A stretch of 64,000 nucleotides of DNA from an uncultured bacterium (GCA_963729625.1 CAVSOU010000007.1:64001-128000); one strand, 5' to 3'. Counted from the stretch's first letter, positions 43,801-54,884 are shown. Notes: generated from the letters alone by a model not told the origin. Numbers and translations are program-made.

Positions 43801-45360
43801 ATGCCCAGACGCATGGCTGCCATCACGTTCGTCCTGCTCGCACTCTCAGCCGTGCCATTCAACCAACACGCGATTCCAACGGCCGATGCGGGCGCTGCAA
43901 CGGTGCTCCCGGACGCTCCGAACTGCCCTGTCTTTCCGGAGAACAACGTCTGGAACGCAGACATCTCCCGACTGCCTGTCGCCGCGAACTCCGCGGCAAT
44001 GATCCAGTCCATCGGCCCCGCCACCGGATTGCACCCCGACTTCGGCTCCTACCTGGGCTACGGCATCCCATACAACGTTGTGAGCGAAAACCAGGTCAAG
44101 GTGCCGGTGACCTTCGACTACGCGAGCGAATCGGATCCCGGACCATACCCGATTCCCGCTGATCCAAAGGTCGAAGGGGGCGGCGACCGCCACATCCTGA
44201 TCGTCGACAAGGACCGTTGCGTGCTCTATGAACTGTACGACGCACGACAGAATGGCGGCGCGTGGTCGGCGGGGTCCGGGGCCATCTGGAAGCTGCGATC
44301 GAACGCCCTTAGGCCCGATAGCTGGACAAGCGCCGACGCGGCTGGATTGCCTATCCTGCCGGGACTCGTCCGCTACGACGAGATCGCCGCCGGGTCAATC
44401 AACCACGCGCTCCGCTTCACGGCTGCCCACACCGCCAAGATGCACATCTACCCGGCACGGCACGACGCCGGAGTAAACAGCCCAGGCTATCCGCCGATGG
44501 GCCTGCGCGTGCGGCTCAAAGCATCGGTGGACATCGGCCACTTCAGTCCACGCGTGCAGGTGTTGCTCAGCGCGCTGAAGAAGTACGGCATGATCCTGGC
44601 CGACAACGGATCGAACTGGTACATCTCCGGCACATCCGACCCCCGCTTTAACGACGACGAGTTCCACACCCTCAACCAGATCACCGGCGCCGACTTCGAG
44701 GTTGTGGACACCAGCGGCCTGATCAACGGACCTGACAAGGGCGGGGCCCCGCAGCCCAGCGCGGGCGCAACCGCCGCCGAGCCCACGCCGACAACGACCC
44801 ACCAGCCCTCGGTCGAGCGTGCAACGGCAGCAGTGCAGCACGTCGTCGTTCTGACACCGGTCGCCGATGCCTCGGTGCGAGACGGCGCGTATGCCACCAC
44901 GCACTACGGCGCGGCAGGATCCTTGCTCGCCGTGTGGTCGCCCGCGGCAGGATATCAGCGCCACATCTACGCGCGCTTCAGCCTCCAGAGCGTCGCTGGC
45001 GCCGTCAACACGGCAACTCTGCGCCTGTACGGACAACACCTGGCAATCGGCCCCGGTGCCGACAAGGTGAGCCTGTTCCCGGCAGCCCCCACCGCGTGGA
45101 CGGATGCGGGACCGAGCGGCATCACCTGGGCCACGCGGCCGGGAGCGGGAACGACCCCGCTGTCCACCGCCCAGATTGGCGAAAGGCTCCAGTACTACAC
45201 GTGGAACACGGGCGCGTACGTGACCGCGCAAGGTGCACGCGCGTCACAGGTCAGCTTCATGCTCGCCGTGCAGCCACCGCGCAGCTCGAATGGCATAGAC
45301 GTCTTCAACTCCCGAGAGGACGGCACGAATCCGCCGCAGTTGGTCTTGGTCCTGCAGTAG
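43801..45360 (+). CDS. Secreted protein: uncharacterised N-terminal domain, Pro/Thr linker, DNRLRE/CBM96-like C-terminal domain
   Basis: Signal peptide; GDRH..IVD and DAAGLPILPGLVRYDE core; C-terminal PVADASV..ATLRLY..ITW..RP..SRE..PQL. Confidence 0.72.
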   Translation: MPRRMAAITFVLLALSAVPFNQHAIPTADAGAATVLPDAPNCPVFPENNVWNADISRLPVAANSAAMIQSIGPATGLHPDFGSYLGYGIPYNVVSENQVKVPVTFDYASESDPGPYPIPADPKVEGGGDRHILIVDKDRCVLYELYDARQNGGAWSAGSGAIWKLRSNALRPDSWTSADAAGLPILPGLVRYDEIAAGSINHALRFTAAHTAKMHIYPARHDAGVNSPGYPPMGLRVRLKASVDIGHFSPRVQVLLSALKKYGMILADNGSNWYISGTSDPRFNDDEFHTLNQITGADFEVVDTSGLINGPDKGGAPQPSAGATAAEPTPTTTHQPSVERATAAVQHVVVLTPVADASVRDGAYATTHYGAAGSLLAVWSPAAGYQRHIYARFSLQSVAGAVNTATLRLYGQHLAIGPGADKVSLFPAAPTAWTDAGPSGITWATRPGAGTTPLSTAQIGERLQYYTWNTGAYVTAQGARASQVSFMLAVQPPRSSNGIDVFNSREDGTNPPQLVLVLQ

Positions 45361-45705
45361 CATCGCCGGCGGCGCTCGCGCACATGAGGGCGGGGCACTT
45401 GGCCGGCCACGGCGCCACTTGGTTTGACGGCGTTGGCGAAAGCCTTGGGTAGACCTGGTCCGCGGACCGCCACCGCGCATGAAACCGCCGTACACCCGGC
45501 CGCAGCCGGCGGGACCACACCGCTGTGGCGATCTCCTTCCACCCGGATGCATCCGGAGGCCGGTTTCACCGCGGCTAACTTGACGGACGTGTTCTCCTGT
45601 GCCGGGCCGGAAACGCAGTGACTCGACACCGCCCCGGAAAAGTGGGTGTGGGCTATCATGTGGGTGGACGTCCGTCTTGAAATCAGCCAGCGGACACGGG
45701 AGTAC

Positions 45706-47751
45706 GTGAAAGTGATTGAGACCACGGAAGACATACAGGCTCGTGAGGCCGACAGTCTGGACAATTTGTGCGTCAACGCGATTCGTACGCTGTCTATTGA
45801 TGGCGTGACCAATGCTAACTCCGGCCACCCCGGCATGCCGCTCGGCGCCGCCCCGATGGCCTACGTGCTGTGGACACGCTTTCGAAAACACTCGCCGGCC
45901 AAGCCAAACTGGATAGATCGGGACCGCTTCGTACTGTCAGCGGGTCATGCCTCAATGCTTCTCTACAGCCTCCTCCACCTCACCGGCTACGACCTTTCAC
46001 TGGACGACATCAAGGCCTTTCGCCAGTGGAACAGCAAGACGCCCGGACATCCGGAGCATCATCTCACGCCCGGCGTCGACACGACGACCGGCCCTCTGGG
46101 TCAGGGCTTTGGCAACGCGGTCGGCATGGCCATGGCGGAGGCGTATCTCGCGGCACACTTCAACCGGCCTGGGCACGAGATCGTCGACCACTACACCTAT
46201 GTGATGTGCTCGGACGGCGACTTGATGGAGGGCATCTCTTCCGAGGCGGCATCCATGGCCGGGCACATGCGCCTCCACAAGCTCATCGTGCTATACGACG
46301 ACAACACTGTGTCGCTGGACGGACCGACGTCGTTGACCTTCGATAACGAGGACGTCACGCTGCGTTTTGAGGCGCATGGCTGGAACGTGCTCTACGTCGA
46401 AGACGGAAACGATCTCGAGGCGATCGACGGCGCCATTCGCTCCGCGCACGATGAGCATGAAAAGCCGACACTGATTCGAGTGAGAACCCACATCGGGTTC
46501 GGCAGTCCGAAACAGGACTCGAGCAAAGCCCACGGCAGCCCGCTAACTCCGGATGAGGTGCTGGCGACCAAGCGGAACCTTGGCTGGCCGAGCGAAGAGC
46601 CTTTCTGGCTGCCGCCGGAAGCCATCGCGCACTTCCGCGAAGAGATCGAGAAAGGCGCCAGGGCCGAGCACGACTGGCAGGAGAGGCTTGCTGCCTACGC
46701 CCGGGCATTCCCGGACCTCGCCGAGCAGTGGGACGTGGCCACGACCGGCAGGTTGCCTGCAGGCTGGGATTCCGACGTGCCAGTCTTTGGTCTGGAGGAC
46801 GCTCAGGCCACGCGCCAGGCCAGCGGCAAGGTGCTGAACGCGATCGCTCCCAAGCTGCCTACGCTGATCGGTGGGTCTGCCGACCTGTCCTCGTCCACGG
46901 AAACGGACCTCAAGGGCTACGGCGTGTTTGGCCCGGGTAAGTATGCCGGACGCAACATCTACTTTGGCGTGCGCGAGCACGCCATGGCCGCCGCGGTGAA
47001 CGGAATGTCGCTGCATTGCGGCGTCCGGCCGTTTGGTGGCACGTTCCTGATGTTCTACTCGTACATGGCAAATCCGGTGCGCATGGCAGCACTGATGGCC
47101 ACTCCATCGATCTTCGTGTACACGCATGACTCCATAGGCCTCGGCGAGGACGGCCCAACCCATCAGCAGGTCGAAGTGCTGGCCGCACTGCGCGCGATCC
47201 CCAATCTGGTCACGCTCAGGCCGGCTGACGCCAATGAAACGGCCGAAGCCTGGCGGATAGCCATCGCTCGACAGGATGGGCCGACGGCGCTGTGCTTCTC
47301 GCGCCAGAAGCTGCCCATTCTGGATCACTCCGAAGGGGATCCGCTGGGCGCGACAAACAAGGGAGGCTACATCCTGGCACGTGAAACGGGCAAGGCCTCA
47401 CCGGACATCATCCTGATCGGCGCCGGATCTGAGGTGCACTTGCTGGTCGGCGCGCGCAAGGCACTGCAGCTGGAAGGCCTCGCCGTACGTGTTGTCAGTA
47501 TGCCTTCGCATGAGCTATTCCTGGCTCAGCCCAAAGCGTATCAGGATGCGGTGCTGCCACCGACAGTTCGGGTGCGACTGGCCTGCGAGTCGGCGGCAAG
47601 CCAGCCGTGGTATCGCTTTGTCGGTCTGGACGGAGAGGTACTCGGACTCGATCGCTTCGGCGCCTCCGCGCCGGCCAATGTCGTCTTTAAGCAGCTTGGT
47701 TTCACCGCCGAGAACGCGGCGGAGCGAGCTCGAGCCCTGCTAGGCAGATAG
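45706..47751 (+). CDS. tkt: Transketolase
   Basis: [31 protein letters not shown] and [15 protein letters not shown]. Confidence 0.98.
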   Translation: MKVIETTEDIQAREADSLDNLCVNAIRTLSIDGVTNANSGHPGMPLGAAPMAYVLWTRFRKHSPAKPNWIDRDRFVLSAGHASMLLYSLLHLTGYDLSLDDIKAFRQWNSKTPGHPEHHLTPGVDTTTGPLGQGFGNAVGMAMAEAYLAAHFNRPGHEIVDHYTYVMCSDGDLMEGISSEAASMAGHMRLHKLIVLYDDNTVSLDGPTSLTFDNEDVTLRFEAHGWNVLYVEDGNDLEAIDGAIRSAHDEHEKPTLIRVRTHIGFGSPKQDSSKAHGSPLTPDEVLATKRNLGWPSEEPFWLPPEAIAHFREEIEKGARAEHDWQERLAAYARAFPDLAEQWDVATTGRLPAGWDSDVPVFGLEDAQATRQASGKVLNAIAPKLPTLIGGSADLSSSTETDLKGYGVFGPGKYAGRNIYFGVREHAMAAAVNGMSLHCGVRPFGGTFLMFYSYMANPVRMAALMATPSIFVYTHDSIGLGEDGPTHQQVEVLAALRAIPNLVTLRPADANETAEAWRIAIARQDGPTALCFSRQKLPILDHSEGDPLGATNKGGYILARETGKASPDIILIGAGSEVHLLVGARKALQLEGLAVRVVSMPSHELFLAQPKAYQDAVLPPTVRVRLACESAASQPWYRFVGLDGEVLGLDRFGASAPANVVFKQLGFTAENAAERARALLGR

Positions 47752-47763
47752 TGAGGTGTGGTA

Positions 47764-48900
47764 ATGGCTGCGAACGCATTGGGAATACTGCAGGAGCACG
47801 GGCAGAGCCCGTGGATCGACAACATCACTCGTGGCATGCTAACCGGAGGCGAGCTTCAGCGGCTCATTGACCTCGGCGTGGTTGGACTCACCTCGAATCC
47901 GACTATCTTCCAGAAAGCGATCGGCGGAGGTGCGGATTACGACCAGGCCCTGGCGGATCTCGTCAAGCAGGGGAAGGACCTCGACGGTGTCTTTGAAGGC
48001 CTCGTCTTGTCCGATATTGCGGAGGCCGCGCGGATACTTCGCCCTGTCTACGACAAGACCGGTGGCCGCGATGGGTACGTGAGCATCGAAGTGTCACCGG
48101 AGCTGGCATTCGAAACCGAGAAGACGATCGCGGACGCACGGCGATACTTCGGTTTTCTCGCACAACCCAATATCATGGTGAAGGTTCCCGGCACCGTGGA
48201 AGGCGTCGCGGCGTTCAGGACGCTCATCGGCCTCGGGATCAACATCAACGTGACGCTGCTCTTCTCGCTTGAAAGCTACCGTGCGGTCGCGGAGGCGTAC
48301 GTCGACGGCCTAGAGGCGCTCGAACGCAGCGGCAAGCAACTGTCCGGGGTGTCGTCGGTGGCCTCGTTCTTCGTCAGCCGTGTCGACACCGCCGTGGATG
48401 CAATCCTGGTGCAAAAGGCCAAGAGTGATCCTGGTCAGGCGGATCGCTGTAACGCGCTGCTGGGCAAGGCGGCTATCGCGAACGCCAAGCTAGCCTACTC
48501 GGACATCTACAAGCAGGTCTTCAATGGAGACCGCTGGAAGGCGCTTTCCGCAAAAGGAGCAAAGAGACAACGACCGTTGTGGGCAAGCACGAGCACCAAG
48601 AATCCTGCTTACCGGGACGTCGTGTACGTTGAGGAGTTGATCGGCCCTGACACCGTTAACACCATGCCGCCTGCAACTGTCCACGATTTCCTCGACCACG
48701 GACGTGTGCGGAACTCCCTGGAGGACGATATCGACGGCGCGCGCAAGGTAATGCGGGGGCTGAGCGACGTCGGCGTCGACCTGACCCTGGTCACAGAGAA
48801 GCTTCAGCAGGACGGGGTCGCATCGTTCGCCAAGTCGTATCGCGACCTGCTGAGTACCATCGAGGCTCGCCGGAAGGAAATGGCCGCGAAGGTAGGCTGA
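47764..48900 (+). CDS. tal: Transaldolase
   Basis: GQSPWID, TSNPTIF, MVKVP, NVTLLFS, SFFVSR and LWASTSTK. Confidence 0.97.
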   Translation: MAANALGILQEHGQSPWIDNITRGMLTGGELQRLIDLGVVGLTSNPTIFQKAIGGGADYDQALADLVKQGKDLDGVFEGLVLSDIAEAARILRPVYDKTGGRDGYVSIEVSPELAFETEKTIADARRYFGFLAQPNIMVKVPGTVEGVAAFRTLIGLGININVTLLFSLESYRAVAEAYVDGLEALERSGKQLSGVSSVASFFVSRVDTAVDAILVQKAKSDPGQADRCNALLGKAAIANAKLAYSDIYKQVFNGDRWKALSAKGAKRQRPLWASTSTKNPAYRDVVYVEELIGPDTVNTMPPATVHDFLDHGRVRNSLEDDIDGARKVMRGLSDVGVDLTLVTEKLQQDGVASFAKSYRDLLSTIEARRKEMAAKVG

Positions 48901-48993
48901 TGCGACGGTGGCGGCCGTCCACCCGTATCGACTGCTGGCTCGAGGCAAGCGCGCTACCATTATCGATGCGCGAAGGTCCTGCGAAGGGCTGCT

Positions 48994-49428
48994 TTGGTAA
49001 AGGAGAAGGAAGCAACGGAACCGAGAAGCGTTGATCCGGCGGGCCGCCATGCGTCTGTGCCCTATACAGGGGTCGATGCGGCGGAAATTCATCGAATCGC
49101 GCGCGCGGTCGAGCGTTGGGGCCAAAGATTCCTCGATCGCGTGTATACGCCCGCGGAGCAAAGTTATTGCGGATCCCGCATGCAGCGCCTCGCCGGGCGC
49201 TTCGCGGCGAAGGAGGCAATCAGCAAGGTGCTCGGTACGGGCGTGCGATACATTCGCTGGCGGGAGATGGAGATCCTGCCCGATCCCAGAGGCAAGCCTG
49301 TGGTTAGCCTTTACGGCAGGGCTCAGACGGTGGCCGCCGCTCTGCGCCTCGGCGAGATCAGCGTCAGTATCACGCATACCGGCGACCTCGCTCTTGCCTT
49401 CGCCATGGCTCTGGGAAGCGACGGATAG
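48994..49428 (+). CDS. acpS: Holo-ACP synthase
   Basis: GVD, LAGRFAAKEAISK.LGTG, GKP and SITH. Confidence 0.93.
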   Translation: MVKEKEATEPRSVDPAGRHASVPYTGVDAAEIHRIARAVERWGQRFLDRVYTPAEQSYCGSRMQRLAGRFAAKEAISKVLGTGVRYIRWREMEILPDPRGKPVVSLYGRAQTVAAALRLGEISVSITHTGDLALAFAMALGSDG

Positions 49429-49432
49429 ACCG

Positions 49433-50968
49433 ATGAAGGCACTGGTCACGTCGGATGAAATGCGCGCGGCGGAGGCTGCCGCCGTTCTACGAGGCCTGAC
49501 ACTTCCCGCGCTCATGCAGCTGGCCGCGCACGGGGCCGCGGAAAGACTGCTGGCCGCGCAGCAGCCTGGTCGTGACCGCTACCTGATCCTTGCCGGTCCT
49601 GGCAATAACGGCGGCGACGCTCTGGTCGTCGCTGGCCTCATCCGTGACAGGGGGGCTCATGTTCGATTGTTTACCTACCGTCGCAACGCGCCTTCCCCTG
49701 TCGATCCCCCTGGCTTGACCAGCACCGTCCTCGGCGCGCCCGGCGCAGCGTTCGTCGAGGCATTGGCGTGGTGCGACGTCGTCGTCGACGGCTTGCTCGG
49801 GATCGGGCGCGCCCGGCCGATCGAAGCGGACCTGGCAGGCGTGCTGGCGGCGGTCAACGAGGCGCCGCACCGACCCCGCGTCGTCGCGCTCGACGTGCCG
49901 ACCGGCGTAGACGCAGATTCCGGACGCGTGGACGAGGCGGCCCTACGCGCCGGCGAGACGATCACCTTCGGCTACATCAAGCGCGGCTTGCTGCTCTATC
50001 CGGCCCGCGCGCTCTGCGGCACGATTTCCCTGGTGGATGTCGGGCTGCCTTTGGCCCCGGCTGTTCCCGTGGCTGCTCGGCAGCCCGAGCCGAGCGATAT
50101 CGCCGCGATCTTGCCGCGCCGAGAACCAACCACGCACAAGTATCGCGCTGGAGCGGTGCTTGCCCTGGCCGGCTCACCCCAGTACGTGGGTGCGCCGATC
50201 CTGGCAACGACAGCCGCACTGCGCGCCGGGGCGGGGTACGTGACCTTGGCAGCACGTCAGAGCGTCATCGACAGACTGGCGGCGCGATTGCTTGAAACGA
50301 CCATGGTCCTCTTGCCTGCCGATCACGACGGTGCGATGGCTGCTCTCAGCGACGCGGCTACGCGCTACGACGCACTGCTGATTGGTCCAGGGTTGGGACG
50401 GAGTGAGGAAGCCGGACGTCTCGTCCTGGGCGTGCTTGCTCGCCCGCCTCATGGCCCGCGCGCGGCGGTGGTCGATGCCGACGCACTCTATGCATTGAGC
50501 GCCTCGCCCGACTGGTGGTCGTCGGTGGCGCTACCTGTCGTGCTCACTCCACATGCTGGAGAAATGGCGCGCTTAACCGGACTTGCCGGTGCGGACGTCG
50601 AGCATCGCAGACTGGACATCGCCGCCGCGTACGCAGCGAAATGGGGCCAGGTCGTGCTTCTGAAAGGCGCGCCGACGATCGTTGCGTCGCCGGACGGCCG
50701 CTTGGCGATCAATCCGACCGGTAATCCCCTCCTTGCCACGGCTGGAAGCGGAGATGTCTTGACCGGAGCAATTGCCGCGCTCTTGGCGGGAGGCGTGGCG
50801 CCATTCGAGGCCGCGACGGCCGGCGCCTATCTGCATGGGCTCGCCGCGGACCTCGCTCTGCCGGTTTTTGGCGACCGCGGAATGCTGGCCGGCGATTTGT
50901 TCGAGTATCTTCCCAAAGCAATCCAGTGTGTGCTTCGAGAGGGCCGAACTTGGGCCGAGCTCTCTTGA
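49433..50968 (+). CDS. nnr: Bifunctional NAD(P)H-hydrate epimerase/dehydratase
   Basis: GPGNNGGD, DVPTG, GPGLG, DADAL, TPHAGE, KG and ATAGSGDVL. Confidence 0.95.
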   Translation: MKALVTSDEMRAAEAAAVLRGLTLPALMQLAAHGAAERLLAAQQPGRDRYLILAGPGNNGGDALVVAGLIRDRGAHVRLFTYRRNAPSPVDPPGLTSTVLGAPGAAFVEALAWCDVVVDGLLGIGRARPIEADLAGVLAAVNEAPHRPRVVALDVPTGVDADSGRVDEAALRAGETITFGYIKRGLLLYPARALCGTISLVDVGLPLAPAVPVAARQPEPSDIAAILPRREPTTHKYRAGAVLALAGSPQYVGAPILATTAALRAGAGYVTLAARQSVIDRLAARLLETTMVLLPADHDGAMAALSDAATRYDALLIGPGLGRSEEAGRLVLGVLARPPHGPRAAVVDADALYALSASPDWWSSVALPVVLTPHAGEMARLTGLAGADVEHRRLDIAAAYAAKWGQVVLLKGAPTIVASPDGRLAINPTGNPLLATAGSGDVLTGAIAALLAGGVAPFEAATAGAYLHGLAADLALPVFGDRGMLAGDLFEYLPKAIQCVLREGRTWAELS

Positions 50969-51011
50969 ATACACCCGGGCGTCGGAAATCGGCAAGTGCA
51001 AAGGACGTTGT

Positions 51012-51497
51012 ATGAAAGTGCGCGCGATCATGGCGACTCCCCCGGTAACCGTTGATGCCGACACACCTGTGATGCAAGTGGCTAGAGTGATGCTCGAACA
51101 CCGGCTGCCCGGCGTTCCCGTGGTCGACGAACACGGAACCCTCCTGGGCGTCGTCACCGAAGCGGACCTCATTGTGCGAAACGCCAACCTTCATCTACCC
51201 CGGTTTCTGACCTTTGTCGATGCTTTGGCTCCGACAAGCGGCGTGCGCGAGTTCGAGGCGGAGTTGCGACGCATGCTTGCTACCTCCGCTCGGGAGGTTA
51301 TGAGCGACAAGCTCCATGCGGTGTCCCAGGACGCCGACGTGGCCGATGCGGCCACTACGATGTTTGAGAACCACGCAAATCCATTGCCGGTCACGGACGA
51401 CGGCAGGCTTGTGGGCACCGTCAGCCGGACCGATATTATCCGGCTCATGCTGCTCGAGGAGGATCAATCCGCCGGCGGATTGGCGCCCGCGGAATGA
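51012..51497 (+). CDS. CBS-domain pair protein
   Basis: IMATPPVTV, PVVD..G.LLGVVTEADL and LPV..GRLVGTVSRTDI. Confidence 0.9.
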   Translation: MKVRAIMATPPVTVDADTPVMQVARVMLEHRLPGVPVVDEHGTLLGVVTEADLIVRNANLHLPRFLTFVDALAPTSGVREFEAELRRMLATSAREVMSDKLHAVSQDADVADAATTMFENHANPLPVTDDGRLVGTVSRTDIIRLMLLEEDQSAGGLAPAE

Positions 51498-52645
51498 GCC
51501 CATCGCCCTGGACAGCCTCACGCGGCGGCGCATCTCGCCGTGCTACTCGTGCTACGGTGTTTCTTGACCGCATAGCGTCCAATGTGCGGGCTATCAGAGG
51601 CGTGGCCGGTCCCGGTGTCCAGGTGATGGCAGTTGTCAAAGCAAACGCATACGGGCACGGGGCGGTGCCGGTCGCGGCAGTGGCGCTCGAGGAGGGCGCG
51701 GGCTGGCTTGGCGCCGCGTGTGTCGACGAGGGACTGCAACTCCGCGAAGCGGGCATATCCGCGCCAATCCTGATTCTTGGCTACGTGGCGCCAGATGAGC
51801 TCGCGACTGCGGTGGAGGGCAATCTCTCTGTTGCCCTGGGGACCACCAAGCAGGGCGCCGCCATCGCAGCCGCCGCGCGCGGATTACGTGGCCGTGCGCG
51901 GGTCCATGTCAAGATAGATAGCGGCATGGGTCGCTATGGCATTCTGCCAGAGCAAACTGAAGGTGTTGCGCTCGTGTTGGCGAAGACGCCTGAGATTCAC
52001 GTGGAAGGCTGCTTCACCCATCTCGCGCGTGGCGAAGAGAACCCCGCTATCGCGACAGATTGCCAGCTTGCGCGCTTTGAGGATGCGCTCCAGGCGCTGG
52101 CCCGCCATGGCGTAAGGCCGGAGTTCGTTCACGCGTCAAACAGCGGCGCCACGCTTGCCGCGCCCCAGGCGCGTCTGAACATGATCCGTACCGGTCTGCT
52201 GCTGTACGGCTATCGGCCTGAGAGCTCTCTCGCGCCCGACGTGACGTTCAGACCGGCACTTGAGGTCGTCTCGCGTCTGGCACGCGTCCAGATGCTGCCC
52301 GCCGGCGCAGGTATCGGCTACGGACACACGCATGTCTTGCCGGAGGCAGCTATCGCGGGCCTGGTTCCGATGGGCTACGCCGACGGGCTGCAACGCGCCC
52401 TGTCCGGCAGGGGTTACCTGGTTGCCGGCGGCAAGCGGGTGCCGATCATCGGCCGTGTGAGCATGGACCAATGTATCGTCGACTTGTCGGATGCTGGGCC
52501 CGTGGTCGAAGGCGATCCCGTCGTGGTGATCGGCGCGCAGGGACTCGCCAGTGTGTGGGCAGACGACCTCGCACGGTGGGCAGGCACCATTTCCTACGAA
52601 ATCCTCTGCGGTATCAGTTCCCGCGTGCCACGCAGCTATTATTGA
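51494..52645 (+). CDS. alr: Alanine racemase
   Basis: AVVKANAYGHG, KIDSGMGR, GYADG and GRVSMDQ. Confidence 0.97.
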   Translation: MSPSPWTASRGGASRRATRATVFLDRIASNVRAIRGVAGPGVQVMAVVKANAYGHGAVPVAAVALEEGAGWLGAACVDEGLQLREAGISAPILILGYVAPDELATAVEGNLSVALGTTKQGAAIAAAARGLRGRARVHVKIDSGMGRYGILPEQTEGVALVLAKTPEIHVEGCFTHLARGEENPAIATDCQLARFEDALQALARHGVRPEFVHASNSGATLAAPQARLNMIRTGLLLYGYRPESSLAPDVTFRPALEVVSRLARVQMLPAGAGIGYGHTHVLPEAAIAGLVPMGYADGLQRALSGRGYLVAGGKRVPIIGRVSMDQCIVDLSDAGPVVEGDPVVVIGAQGLASVWADDLARWAGTISYEILCGISSRVPRSYY

Positions 52646-52678
52646 GGGCGCAAGCCTCTAAGCAAACTGCCGATCTCG

Positions 52679-52687
52679 TGCTATACT
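52679..52687 (+). promoter_or_regulatory. Extended -10 element upstream of the CvpA gene
   Basis: TGCTATACT. Confidence 0.45.
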
Positions 52688-52782
52688 GGCGCCATCCCGG
52701 ATTGGGTTGAGAGCGGTAGCGTGGATCGCGGCTCTCTGAACGCCGGCCCGCGGACGAAGCAGAAGGTCGAGAGGATCGCTCC

Positions 52783-53370
52783 ATGGTGTCGGTTGTTTTG
52801 AACATGCCGGATGGCCTGACGCATCTCAATTGGGTTGACTATTTGTTCCTGGTTGTGCTGGTGTACTCTGTGCTGTCAGGTGCGTGGATCGGGTTCTTCG
52901 CCGAGTGCCTGTCGCTTGCCGGGGTCGCAGGTGGCACGTTTGTCGCCGGACTCACCTATCATGACGCCGGCAAACTGCTGGCGCACGTGAACGTTCCTGA
53001 AGACGCCCGCGATTGGGCTGGGTTTGTCGCAGTATTTGTCGCGATCTCTCTCGTGTGCCGTCTGTTTTCCATCAAGGCGCACAAACTGTCAAGCGTCCTG
53101 GTCGCAGGCAGGGCGAACCAGTTGGCCGGCGGACTCATGGGGGTCATCGTCGGCTCTATAATCTGCCTGTTCGCCCTCGTTACCGTCTCCTACTTCCAGG
53201 TGGGCAAGGTTGTCGACCCGCTGTACAACTCGCAGATTGCCCTGAATTCGAAGGGCCTGGTGCAGGAGTATGTAACATTGCTTCCTGTCAAGATGCATAA
53301 GGTGCCGTGGCCGTGCCCGACAACCAGCGACAAGACCTATTACGGAACTTGCTACGTCGTTAGTAGCTGA
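52783..53370 (+). CDS. CvpA family membrane protein
   Basis: NWVD, G...GF..E and NQLAGGLMG; four TM helices. Confidence 0.85.
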   Translation: MVSVVLNMPDGLTHLNWVDYLFLVVLVYSVLSGAWIGFFAECLSLAGVAGGTFVAGLTYHDAGKLLAHVNVPEDARDWAGFVAVFVAISLVCRLFSIKAHKLSSVLVAGRANQLAGGLMGVIVGSIICLFALVTVSYFQVGKVVDPLYNSQIALNSKGLVQEYVTLLPVKMHKVPWPCPTTSDKTYYGTCYVVSS

Positions 53371-53427
53371 GCCACGTTCCTTGGACAGTCGCAAGAGGGC
53401 GGAAATCCACGTGTGCGGTCCATCCCC

Positions 53428-53456
53428 TAGACAGGCTACCTGAGGAAGTGTAAACT
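53428..53456 (+). promoter_or_regulatory. Sigma70-type promoter
   Basis: TAGACA-N17-TAAACT. Confidence 0.55.
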
Positions 53457-53496
53457 GGCTCCAGCCTTTGGGAATTGTCAACCATGGGAGGACGAG

Positions 53497-53706
53497 ATGG
53501 CATTCGCGTACACGAACAAGAAAGGCCAGACGTACTACCTGCACGAGCAGCTCGTCACGCTCAGGGGTAACAATCGCCGGCAGCCAATATTCTTCTTCGC
53601 ACGGCAGGCAAGAGATGGCGTGTTGGAGGCCGTTCCGGATGGGTGGGAAGTGAAGGAGACCCCAAGTTCCGGGATGCCAGTCCTGAAACGAGTCGCCTCA
53701 CACTAG
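53497..53706 (+). CDS. Small hypothetical protein (69 aa, MAFAYTNKKGQTYYLH...)
   Basis: GGGAGG RBS, own promoter, globular-looking sequence. Confidence 0.8.
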   Translation: MAFAYTNKKGQTYYLHEQLVTLRGNNRRQPIFFFARQARDGVLEAVPDGWEVKETPSSGMPVLKRVASH

Positions 53707-53814
53707 TTCGGGCAATGGTGGGCGCGTCCTTTGTGATTGGAGGGTTGTTGCGGCTGAACGGCGCGACAACCCTCCTTCGCTGCATGGCAGCCCAATCTGC
53801 GCGGAAGCTCTCCG

Positions 53815-54846
53815 CTATTGCGGCTCGCCGGTTTGTTCGTCGCGCATGAGCCGCGACAGTAGAGCTTCCATTGCCGCGCGCGGTTCCTTGCCGTCGAACA
53901 GCACGTCGCACACCTCGTTGGTAATCGGCATCTCGACTCCGTGGCGAGCGGCCAGTACCTGGGCAGCCCTCGCGGTATGCACCCCTTCGGCAACCATGGT
54001 CATGCTCGCCAGAATATCGTCAAGATTGCCACCGCGACCGAGGAGTTCGCCGACGTAGTGATTGCGACTCAATGGGCTCACGCACGTGGCAAACAGGTCC
54101 CCGTACCCGCTGAGACCGGCGAACGTATGCGGATCCGCGCCACAAGCCTGGCCGAGTCGGACGATCTCGGCCATTCCTCTGGTCACGATCCCGGCCTTGC
54201 CGTTCGTACCCATGCCAAGTCCGTCGCAGATCCCGGCCGCCAGGGCCACCACGTTCTTCAGCGATCCGCCTAGCTCCACGCCGATCACGTCTTCCGATGT
54301 ATAGAGCCGGAAGTGGCGGGTTCCGATAAGGGCCGCACAGTCGACCGCGACCGCGCGGTCGGCACAGGCAAGGACAGCGGCAGCGGGCAATCCGGACGCG
54401 ATCTCGCGCGCCAGATTCGGGCCTGAGAGAACGCAAAGGTTTGGCAGCTGGCCGAGCTCCGCCCGCATGACCTCGGAAACGCGCAGGCCGGTACCAGTCT
54501 CAAGACCTTTGACAGCACTCACTACCGGCTGGTGTTGACTCAGGTGCCGGACCAAGCCGGAGCACGTCGAGCGCACGTGCTCGCTCGGCACCACCACGAG
54601 TACGCAGTCGGCCAGCGCCGCGGGTTCGTAGCCGTTCACCACGGAGAGCGTGGAGGGGATCGGCACGCCCGGCAGCGAAGCCGTGTTCTCGCCATCCGTA
54701 AGAATCCGATGCGCTCGCGCCGGATCGCGCGTGCACAACACCGTGCGACGCCCGCTAGTTGCTTCGAGGATGGCAAGGGTAGTTCCCCAGTTGCCGGAGC
54801 CTATCACGCATATGTCGAACCGACTCAGTCGCGTAGACGCACGCAC
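53815..54846 (-). CDS. gpsA: NAD(P)H-dependent glycerol-3-phosphate dehydrogenase
   Basis: VIGSGNWGT, KGLE, SGPN, GGSLKNV, GYGDL and SRN; exact start uncertain. Confidence 0.95.
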   Translation of the reverse strand: MRASTRLSRFDICVIGSGNWGTTLAILEATSGRRTVLCTRDPARAHRILTDGENTASLPGVPIPSTLSVVNGYEPAALADCVLVVVPSEHVRSTCSGLVRHLSQHQPVVSAVKGLETGTGLRVSEVMRAELGQLPNLCVLSGPNLAREIASGLPAAAVLACADRAVAVDCAALIGTRHFRLYTSEDVIGVELGGSLKNVVALAAGICDGLGMGTNGKAGIVTRGMAEIVRLGQACGADPHTFAGLSGYGDLFATCVSPLSRNHYVGELLGRGGNLDDILASMTMVAEGVHTARAAQVLAARHGVEMPITNEVCDVLFDGKEPRAAMEALLSRLMRDEQTGEPQ

Positions 54847-54884
54847 CAGTAACCCCAATCGACGGCGTTCAAGCCCTCGGGCGG

